Positions 19,512 through 28,178 of a stretch of DNA of 50,103 nucleotides are shown here, one piece after another. A program made the position numbers and the translations under genes. Under the pieces are notes generated by a model. The model saw nothing but the letters and a program-made list of their open reading frames with translations, had not been told where the DNA came from and did not search any database. Source of the stretch: Promethearchaeota archaeon (GTDB taxonomy: Archaea > Asgardarchaeota > Lokiarchaeia > Sigyniarchaeales > SOKP01); assembly GCA_016926735.1 (NCBI GenBank), contig JAFGOA010000105.1, positions 1 to 50,103 of the forward strand, read 5' to 3'. Positions within the stretch are counted from its first letter, which is position 1; every line of letters begins with the position of its first letter.

Positions 19512-20774
19512 TTATGATTTTCTTAATTGCATTATTTCTAATCTTTGTTCAGCATTTAATTTTTCGAGATCTTTTATCATAATTTTTAGTTCTTTAAATC
19601 TTAAATCCATATCTGAGCTTAATTTTGGAGGCTCTTCGACTTTCTTTTGTTCCGGTACTGCATCTATATAATTTTTTAATTTCTTAATTTCTTCTTTACT
19701 CTTTGTAGCTTCAATTTTAATCATATCAATTGTTTTTTCTTTTTCCTTTAATATAAGATCTTGAGTTTCAAGCTTGGTTTTGAGATTTTCCAAATCATTT
19801 TCTAATTTTGAACTATTTTGATACTTTTCGAGTTTTGTTTCTAAAGCCCTGATATGATATTTTGACTTATTTAGCTGACGTTGGAGTTCATCCGTTAGAG
19901 AAGATATAATTCCCGTACCAAGATCATTCGCAATTTTTGATTGTGCTTCTTCTAAGTCAGAAATGGTCTTTTTTAAGGTTTTGATACTATCTTCTTTTTG
20001 TTCTAACTTGTTCTGTAATTGAGAATTTTTAGCATTTAATTCAGATATGATATTATCTCTCCCAGATAGATCTGAGTTATTATTATTTTTTTGTTTCTCG
20101 AAATCTTTTAATTTATTCTCAAGTATTTCTACTTGTCTCCTTGTTTTATTTAATTTATCTTGTAACATTTCAGTTAAATCATTTGAAAAAGAGCTCGTAA
20201 CTTTTTTTTTTGACTGAGAAGGAATAGGAATATTATGAGGTTTATTCTTAAGATTTTTTATTTCTATATTTAAATTATCAATGATTTTATTTTTTTCTTT
20301 GAGAGTTTTTTCAAAATCTAAATTTTGAATTTTATTACTTGAAGTACTGTTTTTTAAACTACTTATTTCTGTTTGTTGTTTATTTATTTTTGTTTGTAAT
20401 TCTTTTATTAATGCATGGAGGGGTTCATTATCCACGTCTTTTTGCATAACAGAATATGTATGAGTTTCTCCTTTTTGTATGGTTTCTATCTCTTTTTTAA
20501 GGCTCATATTTTCTTTTCGTAAAAACCCTAGATTATTTTTTAGTACTCTTATTTCCTTTTCTTTTTCTTCAAGGCCTATTTTCAATTGTGTGTTTTGAAA
20601 TTTTTCAGAATCTATTTTACCTTCAGATTCTGCCTCTTTTATAAGAGCTTCTAATTGCAGAATATTATTTTCTAAGTATTCGATTCGATCTAAATGATTA
20701 TTGATTTCTTCTTCTTTTTCTCTTAATTCATTTTCAAGTTTAGATATTTGAATCTTATTAGCATCATTTGACAT
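19512..20774 (-). CDS. long coiled-coil protein with internal repeats
   Basis: Heptad-rich; recurring L..ELQ.KLNK motif (three copies). Confidence 0.75.
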   Translation of the reverse strand: MSNDANKIQISKLENELREKEEEINNHLDRIEYLENNILQLEALIKEAESEGKIDSEKFQNTQLKIGLEEKEKEIRVLKNNLGFLRKENMSLKKEIETIQKGETHTYSVMQKDVDNEPLHALIKELQTKINKQQTEISSLKNSTSSNKIQNLDFEKTLKEKNKIIDNLNIEIKNLKNKPHNIPIPSQSKKKVTSSFSNDLTEMLQDKLNKTRRQVEILENKLKDFEKQKNNNNSDLSGRDNIISELNAKNSQLQNKLEQKEDSIKTLKKTISDLEEAQSKIANDLGTGIISSLTDELQRQLNKSKYHIRALETKLEKYQNSSKLENDLENLKTKLETQDLILKEKEKTIDMIKIEATKSKEEIKKLKNYIDAVPEQKKVEEPPKLSSDMDLRFKELKIMIKDLEKLNAEQRLEIMQLRKS

Positions 20775-20892
20775 GGTATTAAATCATAAAATAGAGAGAT
20801 ATTCATAATAAATGTGAAATATATATAAAAAAAAGCAACTATACTATTAAATAATTTGCTTTAAATTCTTTTTTTTTATTATCTTTTAGGTA

Positions 20893-22827
20893 TTAAAAAA
20901 GTGTAGCAACTCTAAATGATAATTTTTTTATATTTTTAGTCAAAGGGATTATTACAATATAATTTAAAATTATAAATAAAATAAAAATAAATCCTATCAA
21001 TATTAATGGGATATTTATTGAAGGTAAATAAATACGATCTGTAAGAAATAACGAGGTTAAAATCATTCCTCCCGCAAAACTCGTTAAAATAGAAGGAATT
21101 AAAGCAATAATACCTTCAATAAATAAAATTCTTCTTATATTTTTAATTTTTGAGCCTATTGCTCTCATTATAGTAAGGTCTTTTAGTTTTTCTGTCAAGT
21201 CTCCCTTTTGTAAATCAAATAATGAAAACACAAAAACTATAAACACAAATATGATAATTATAAGGTTATATATTCCTAATTTATCTATGAAATTTAAATT
21301 TTCATTAAAAACATTGTTAAGATCTTTACTGATGAAATTACTACCCAAATTGTTTGCTAAAATCAGATCTAATTCTTCCTTTATATCATTATAACAACTA
21401 CTATTTGTTTTTAATAGAAGGAGATTAATTTGATTATCAGAAACATTTAACATATCTCTAAATTTATCAATATCAATATAAGCAGTATGTCCGGAATAGA
21501 AAGAATCAATAACAACACCTTTTATTCCAAATTGTTCACCTAGATTCGGAAAATTCATTTTTTGAATTAATGGAGCATCAAAATAATTATAGGCTAATCC
21601 ATCTGAAATTGTTAGATTAACGTTAGCATCACTTTCATCAAAAAAACTTCCTTCAATCTCAAAATTTTGAATAATATTACTTGAATTTATTCCTATAATA
21701 GGGAAATTTCCTTCTCTATCTTTTCCTATAGTTTGATATCCTCCTACAGGATTTTCTTCACTTGGTGGAATTAAGATCGTTATACTTTTTTCTTTAATAT
21801 CACAAAAACTTATTAATCGTTGATCTATTTTTTCAATTTCTGGGATATTTTCAATATCATTAATTTGAGACCAATTAAAAAGATAATTTTCATCAGTAAA
21901 GTTGATATCATTGGTATCGACTAAAACATTAGGATTTGAATACATTTCATACATTAATGAATAATTACCAACTACATCTTTATGACCAATAACTATGATA
22001 TTTTCATTTTGTGAATGATTAATCCATGTTTTTGAAGTATTATTTAGAACAATAGAACTTAAACTTAAAGTAAAAATTAAGAGGGAAATGATAGAAAATG
22101 TAATAAAATAATGGTATAATCGATTTTTTTTTCTTAAAATATTTGAAATTGCATATTTTAGATTTAATCCAAAGGAAGAAATCCATCTAGGTATTCTCTT
22201 AAGACGATATATCGATTCATAATCTTGTTTAATATCCTCTGAAAAAGTTTTAATGATATTTTTCTTTCCGATTTTTTTTAATTTTAATCCAGATATTATA
22301 TAAACACAAATTAAACAGACAAAAAATAAAACGGGTGTAAAAATTACATCAAAAAAAAGAAAAGTGGAGATATTTAAAAAATCAATAGAAACAACTACAA
22401 TTAAATAGAAAATCATTCCAAAAATATACCCTAAAATATATCCAATAATAAATAAAATGAGTGATTCAACGAGATAAAAACTATATAGCATTTGAGGAAG
22501 TGTTCCTAAAGCTTTCATTATAGAAATATCTTTTTTCTTACTATTTATGAATGAAGAAAATATCAGAGATAATATCACTATTATAAAAATAATAATCATT
22601 ATTAGTATTATCATGTTGAATTGAGAATATATAATATTGATAACACCAGAAAAGAAATATGAGTTTAAGTAATCTCCTGTTTTATCAGTAAAAGAGTTTA
22701 AATTAAATGATATTGAAAAATGAATTAAAAAGGTAGCGAGAGCAATCATTAATGCTATTGTAAAAAGATATGGATATGTTTGTTTTTTTTTTCGATAAAA
22801 ATCTTTTATTGCAAAATCAAGCGACAT
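20893..22827 (-). CDS. ABC transporter permease, FtsX-like (two domains)
   Basis: DISIMKALG and DLTIMRAIG FtsX motifs, large extracellular loop. Confidence 0.9.
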   Translation of the reverse strand: MSLDFAIKDFYRKKKQTYPYLFTIALMIALATFLIHFSISFNLNSFTDKTGDYLNSYFFSGVINIIYSQFNMIILIMIIIFIIVILSLIFSSFINSKKKDISIMKALGTLPQMLYSFYLVESLILFIIGYILGYIFGMIFYLIVVVSIDFLNISTFLFFDVIFTPVLFFVCLICVYIISGLKLKKIGKKNIIKTFSEDIKQDYESIYRLKRIPRWISSFGLNLKYAISNILRKKNRLYHYFITFSIISLLIFTLSLSSIVLNNTSKTWINHSQNENIIVIGHKDVVGNYSLMYEMYSNPNVLVDTNDINFTDENYLFNWSQINDIENIPEIEKIDQRLISFCDIKEKSITILIPPSEENPVGGYQTIGKDREGNFPIIGINSSNIIQNFEIEGSFFDESDANVNLTISDGLAYNYFDAPLIQKMNFPNLGEQFGIKGVVIDSFYSGHTAYIDIDKFRDMLNVSDNQINLLLLKTNSSCYNDIKEELDLILANNLGSNFISKDLNNVFNENLNFIDKLGIYNLIIIIFVFIVFVFSLFDLQKGDLTEKLKDLTIMRAIGSKIKNIRRILFIEGIIALIPSILTSFAGGMILTSLFLTDRIYLPSINIPLILIGFIFILFIILNYIVIIPLTKNIKKLSFRVATLF

Positions 22828-22841
22828 AAGTAGAACACCAT

Positions 22842-23582
22842 TTATTTTATTAAAGTTTCATTTATTATTTTTCCATCCTCGAACGATATGATTTTATCAG
22901 CAAGTTCAATGAGAAAATCATCATGAGTCGCTATAATAATTGTTTTTTTATTTTGTTTTAATTCTTTAAATAAATTCCTAATAAAAGAACTCGTTTCTTT
23001 GTCTAAGTTCGCTGTTGGCTCATCTGCTAATATTAGGGGAGGATCATTTGCTAATGCCCTAGCAATTGCTACTCTTTGTTGCTCTCCAGAAGATAATTGA
23101 AATGGAAAATGCTCTCGTCTATCAGGTAAATTTACTTTTTTTAATAACTCAACTGCTATTCTTCGTTGATCTTCTAATTTTTCTCCAATTAAATTAATTG
23201 GAAACATTACATTTTCTTCAGCAGTTAAAGTACTTATGAGATAATAACTCTGAAAAATAAACCCAGAATTCATTAATCTAAAAATTGCTAAAGATTCATG
23301 ATCCATATCAGATATTTTCACACCATAAGAAAATACTTCTCCCTCAGTAGGTTTATCTAAAGCACCTAAAAGATTAAGTAATGTTGTTTTACCAGCTCCA
23401 GAAGGGCCCTTTATAACAACAAATTCTCCTTCTAATATTTCAAGACTTATATTATCTACTGCTCTAACAATAAAATCTCCAATCTCATAATCTTTAGTTA
23501 AATTGGTTACTTTAATAGCAATTGTTAATTCTTTTTTTTTTGTTGAAATTTGGTTGTTATTTATATTATTTTCAATAGACAT
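22842..23582 (-). CDS. ABC transporter ATP-binding protein (LolD/MacB-type)
   Basis: GPSGAGKT, LSSGEQQR, ILADEPT, ATHD. Confidence 0.95.
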   Translation of the reverse strand: MSIENNINNNQISTKKKELTIAIKVTNLTKDYEIGDFIVRAVDNISLEILEGEFVVIKGPSGAGKTTLLNLLGALDKPTEGEVFSYGVKISDMDHESLAIFRLMNSGFIFQSYYLISTLTAEENVMFPINLIGEKLEDQRRIAVELLKKVNLPDRREHFPFQLSSGEQQRVAIARALANDPPLILADEPTANLDKETSSFIRNLFKELKQNKKTIIIATHDDFLIELADKIISFEDGKIINETLIK

Positions 23583-24140
23583 TTAATTAAAAGAGTGTTT
23601 TTATTAGCATCTAATCTAGTTAGGGGTGTACTCTATTTAAAATTATCATAAAAAAGTAAGAATAATAGATTTTCTTTAAATACATTTTCTTAAAAGACAA
23701 TGCTATTAGATTTATATCTGATTTTTTAATTAATTTTTACAATTAAATTGATTAATAAGAGTATTTTATATATATTTTAAACGAAAATATTGCCTTAATA
23801 GGGATAATCATCTAAAATTATTATGCGTTTAAGAAAATATTTGAATATTAAAAAGATATGAAAAGATATACAAATGAGTAATATTTATATATGTTATATT
23901 TCCTAATATAAATATAGAGAGCTAAGTGTAAAATTCATATTCGTCAAATATCCCTTTATTTCTTAATTATTTGATATCTTTGTGAATATCCGATAGAATT
24001 TATTATTTATAATTTTTCACGATTCTCTCATTCTCTTTCTTTTTTTAAAGAAATATAAAATTGATATATTATTATTCATTATTAAAATAGAATTATTTTA
24101 AATCAAAGTCTTATTCTTAGGGAATATAAGTGATGGGATT

Positions 24141-24779
24141 ATGGAATCTGATAAATTAAAAAAATTAACTGAATATGTTATAGAACTTGAAGTGGATGAT
24201 ATTTATGATTTAGTTTTAAAATATTTAGATGAAGGTGAAGATCCTTTTGAAATATTAAATGCATTATCTCAAGGAATGGATGAGGTAGGTAGATTATATG
24301 AAGAGAAAGAATATTATTTAACAGAATTAGTTTTAGCAGGTGAAGTAATGAAAGAAGCAATGAAAGCATTAAATCCAGCTTTAGCTGCTTCGGATAAATC
24401 AGATGATAAAATAAAAATAATATTAGCTACTGTTAAAGGAGATAACCATGATATTGGTAAAAATATTTTAGGATCACTTCTATTGAGTGCTGGTTTTGAA
24501 ATATATGATCTGGGAATGGATGTTGATGAAAATAAAATTGTAGAAAAAATAAAAGAAACAGGTGCAAAAATAATAGGATTAAGTACACTTCTAACAACCA
24601 CAATAGAAAATATTAAAGACGTACATAATGCATTAGAAAAAGCAGGTTTGAGAGACAAAGTTAAAATCATTGTTGGTGGAGCATCTTTAAATATGGACCT
24701 AGCAAAACAAGTGTGTGCTGATGATTATGGTGCCGATGCGATTGAAGGAGTGAAACAAATTAAAAAATTAATAAAATAA
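24141..24779 (+). CDS. methyltransferase cognate corrinoid protein
   Basis: Cap domain (GMDEVG..YE..EYYL.EL) plus GDNHDIGKN, LSTL, VGGA. Confidence 0.93.
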   Translation: MESDKLKKLTEYVIELEVDDIYDLVLKYLDEGEDPFEILNALSQGMDEVGRLYEEKEYYLTELVLAGEVMKEAMKALNPALAASDKSDDKIKIILATVKGDNHDIGKNILGSLLLSAGFEIYDLGMDVDENKIVEKIKETGAKIIGLSTLLTTTIENIKDVHNALEKAGLRDKVKIIVGGASLNMDLAKQVCADDYGADAIEGVKQIKKLIK

Positions 24780-25371
24780 ATCTTTTAATGATTTCAAGAA
24801 TCAATTAGTTTAAATCAAGGATTTAAATACTGCTTTTTATAATTATTGTTTAAAAAAATATTTTTTTGTAAGAATGTGATGAATTGAGCATAATAATCGA
24901 TAAATCATTATAAAATTATCATTTTAAAGATACATGACCTATTAATCTGATAATCAATACAATATGATTAATTCAAAAATAAAAGGAAGGAGTATTCTTA
25001 AAACGTAAATGTGATATACTTGTTATCAACAAAACATTTATACGGTTTCCTATTGTATAAATACTCAATAGATGATGAATCATTCTTAATTTGATGGAAT
25101 AATTTTTTACGAGATACAACCCAAATATTAGTAAAAACCATTATGCACTCGTAGGAAGCAAACGTTTTTGGATCGCATATAGCTCACTCAATTAATAATT
25201 TATAATTCTTTTTATGTTTGTTATTTCCCTTTCTTCGTAGAGAGAACTAAAATTAACTAAATTATAATAGATGTATTTTTCTGAAAATAAAACAATTTAC
25301 TACTTAGAAATTAGATTAAAAAATTTTTAAAAGAACATTAAAAATTCTTTAGAATCTAGGAGGTTAAAAAA

Positions 25372-25629
25372 TTGTCAGAACACGAAAAAATTAATGAAGA
25401 AGATTTTAAATCTGTATTAGATACAAGGGGATTATATTGTCCAGAACCGTTATTTGAAATTCGAAATTTTTCAGAAGACATTGAAATAGGAAAGTGTTTT
25501 AAGGTTTTTGCTGATGATCCTGCTGCAGAAGAGGATTTTAAAAGGTGGGCAAAAAGGACGGGACAAGAAATCTTAAGATTCGAAAAGAATGGTGAAGATC
25601 TTGTTTTTTATTTTAAAAAAAAAAAATAA
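25372..25629 (+). CDS. tusA: TusA/SirA sulfur carrier
   Basis: LDTRGLYCPEP, ADDP; RBS GGAGGT. Confidence 0.92.
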   Translation: MSEHEKINEEDFKSVLDTRGLYCPEPLFEIRNFSEDIEIGKCFKVFADDPAAEEDFKRWAKRTGQEILRFEKNGEDLVFYFKKKK

Positions 25630-25644
25630 ATTGGTGAGAATAAA

Positions 25645-26004
25645 ATGGATAAAAATTTTATATTGTATGTTCAAACCTCTGATGCTCCAGAAAGACAATA
25701 TTCTCCTTTGGTTTTAGCTCAAACTGCAAAGGCAATGGATATAAAAGCTATAGTTTATTATCTAGGTCAAGGATTAAGGATTCTTAAACCAGGAGAAGCA
25801 GAAAAAATAAAATTAGGTGATTTTCCTAGTGTTAAAGAAATGATTGATAAGACTCTAAAAGCAGGTGTAGAAATATTAGTATGTGAAGCATCAAAAAGAA
25901 TGTTAAATTGGGATAAAGTAGAATTAATTCCAGGTACTAAAATAGTTGGAGCAGCTACATTAAATGATTTAGTACTTGAAGCAGGAGGAACCATGTGGTT
26001 TTAA
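25645..26004 (+). CDS. DsrE/DsrF-like sulfur relay protein
   Basis: AGVEILVCEAS conserved Cys, GAAT. Confidence 0.88.
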   Translation: MDKNFILYVQTSDAPERQYSPLVLAQTAKAMDIKAIVYYLGQGLRILKPGEAEKIKLGDFPSVKEMIDKTLKAGVEILVCEASKRMLNWDKVELIPGTKIVGAATLNDLVLEAGGTMWF

Positions 26005-26036
26005 TTTTTATTTAAATAATAAAAAGGTGTTAAAAA

Positions 26037-27233
26037 ATGAATGAAATATATTTAGATTATCAAGCAGCAAAACCAGTAGACAAACAAGTTTTAGAATATA
26101 TGATGCCATATTTCAGTGAAATTTTTAGTAATCCCGCATCTTTACATAATTCTGGAGATATAGCAACTGAAAAACTTGAAGAATCAAGAAAGAAAATTGC
26201 TCAATTTATAAATGCACCTGAAATTTCCTCAATTATTTTCACTTCAAGTGCTACTGAATCAAATAATTTGGCAATAATAGGGGCAGCTCAAAGATATCAT
26301 AAAAAAGGAAATCATATTATAATTTCGGAGATAGAACATATTTCAATTTTTAATATTTGTAAATATCTGGAAAGAAATGGGTTTCAAATTAGCAAAGTCC
26401 CTGTAGATCAATATGGTATTGTTAAAATTGATAAATTAAAAAGGTTAATACAAGAAAACACAATACTTATTTCTATAGCAACTGCTAGTAATGAGGTAGG
26501 ATCATTACAACCAATAGAACAAATAAGTAAGATTGCTCAAGAGAAGGAGATATTATTTCATACAGATGCAATTGCTAGCGAATCAGTAATTCCTATAGAC
26601 GTTCAAACGATTCCTGTAGATTTTTTATCATTATCATCAAATGATATTTATGGTCCTAAAGGTGTTGCCGCTTTGTATATTAAAAAAGGGATAAGAGTAA
26701 ATCCAATCATATTAGGAGGAGGTCAAGAAAATGGCTTTAGATCGGGTTCACATAATCTCCATGGAATAATAGGATTTGGTAAGGCTGCAGAAATTATGAA
26801 AAAAGAGATTAATCAAGAAGCAAAAAGATTAGAATTTTTAAGAGATAAATTGATTAAAGGTATATTAAATTCTATTCCAAATTCATATTTAAATGGTCAT
26901 CCAACTAATAGATTACCAAATAATGCTCATTTTAGGTTTGATTTCATTGAAGGGGAGTCGTTAATCTTAGGATTGAAAGATCAAGGGATTGCTGCAGCTA
27001 CAGGATCAGCATGCAGTTCTAAAACTCTAGAACCCTCACATACTTTGATTTCTTGTGGATTACTTCATGAAGAAGCTCATGGTAGTTTATTAATATCATT
27101 AGGTAGATACTCAAAAGAAGAAGAAATCGATAAATTATTAGAAGGATTACCAAAAATAATAAAAAGATTAAGACTTCTATCACCATTAACTCCTCAAGAA
27201 TTAATAAAACAGTATAATGAGGTGAATAATTAA
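26037..27233 (+). CDS. iscS: IscS/NifS-like cysteine desulfurase homolog lacking the PLP Schiff-base Lys
   Basis: FTSSATESNN, EH, TGSACSS loop Cys; SSNDIYGPKG instead of SxHKxxGPKG. Confidence 0.93.
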   Translation: MNEIYLDYQAAKPVDKQVLEYMMPYFSEIFSNPASLHNSGDIATEKLEESRKKIAQFINAPEISSIIFTSSATESNNLAIIGAAQRYHKKGNHIIISEIEHISIFNICKYLERNGFQISKVPVDQYGIVKIDKLKRLIQENTILISIATASNEVGSLQPIEQISKIAQEKEILFHTDAIASESVIPIDVQTIPVDFLSLSSNDIYGPKGVAALYIKKGIRVNPIILGGGQENGFRSGSHNLHGIIGFGKAAEIMKKEINQEAKRLEFLRDKLIKGILNSIPNSYLNGHPTNRLPNNAHFRFDFIEGESLILGLKDQGIAAATGSACSSKTLEPSHTLISCGLLHEEAHGSLLISLGRYSKEEEIDKLLEGLPKIIKRLRLLSPLTPQELIKQYNEVNN

Positions 27234-27235
27234 AA

Positions 27236-28030
27236 ATGAAATCAACTCAATATTCAGAAAAAGTTTTAGATCATTTCCGAAATCCTAGGAATGTTGGGGT
27301 AATAGAAAATCCAGATGGATATGGAAAAGTTGGAAATCCCGTCTGTGGTGATCTAATGGAAATTTTCATTAGAGTTGGTAAAAACAAAAATGATGAGGAT
27401 ATTTTAACAGACATTAAATTTAGAACTTTTGGATGTGGTTCAGCTGTAGCAACATCTTCGATGATTACAGAGTTAGCAAAGGGGAAAACAGTAAGTGAAG
27501 CATACAAAATTACAAGGGGCGATGTTGCTGATGAATTAGGTGGACTTCCTCCGATAAAAATGCATTGTTCCAATCTAGCTGCAGATGCCCTTCAAGCAGC
27601 AATTAGAAATTATAGAGAAGGTACAAGACCTGATGTTGAAGTAATAACTTCGTGTCAAATAGAAATTAAAGTGATTTTAGGATTTGATGAACTTCTTGGT
27701 AAAGGTGCATATAAAAGTGTTGATAATATTCAAGAGTTTACTGATAAAAGAGTATTAGTTGTAGACAATGGAGATAATTCAATAGAATTAGCAATAAAAT
27801 TAACTGAGATTACTGGCAGAGTTATTTTAGTTACCTCTGGAAAGTTTTTACCAGGTAAAAAAGAATTGCAGGAAGCTTTAAAAAAATCTGATGTTAAAAT
27901 CCTTTATGAATCAGAATTAATAGAAGTAAAAGGTATAGAAGACGTAGAAAAAGTAATTATCCATGATTTTGATGAAGATAATAATTATGAATTATTCGTT
28001 GATAGCGTAATAAATTTAGACGATAGATAA
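27236..28030 (+). CDS. iscU: IscU/NifU-N scaffold fused to a degenerate thioredoxin-reductase NAD(P)-binding-like domain
   Basis: YSEKVLDHF.NPRN, NPVCGD, FGCGSA, LPPIKMHCS; C-terminal ~125 aa resembles the TrxR middle domain. Confidence 0.9.
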   Translation: MKSTQYSEKVLDHFRNPRNVGVIENPDGYGKVGNPVCGDLMEIFIRVGKNKNDEDILTDIKFRTFGCGSAVATSSMITELAKGKTVSEAYKITRGDVADELGGLPPIKMHCSNLAADALQAAIRNYREGTRPDVEVITSCQIEIKVILGFDELLGKGAYKSVDNIQEFTDKRVLVVDNGDNSIELAIKLTEITGRVILVTSGKFLPGKKELQEALKKSDVKILYESELIEVKGIEDVEKVIIHDFDEDNNYELFVDSVINLDDR

Positions 28031-28178
28031 TTTTTTTTTTCTTTTTGCAAATATTGCTTTTTTTAAAAATTTTGATAAAAAAAAATTTATAATTTATATA
28101 AATCTACCTTTTAAACCTTATAACGTAATAAATATTTAAATATAGGATTTTCACTTTAAAAATTAAATTTCAGAAAAA

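Noticed and set aside
19512-20774. Coiled-coil protein as an SMC or cytoskeletal ESP
   Set aside because: No Walker motifs or diagnostic domain; coiled-coil similarity alone is uninformative.
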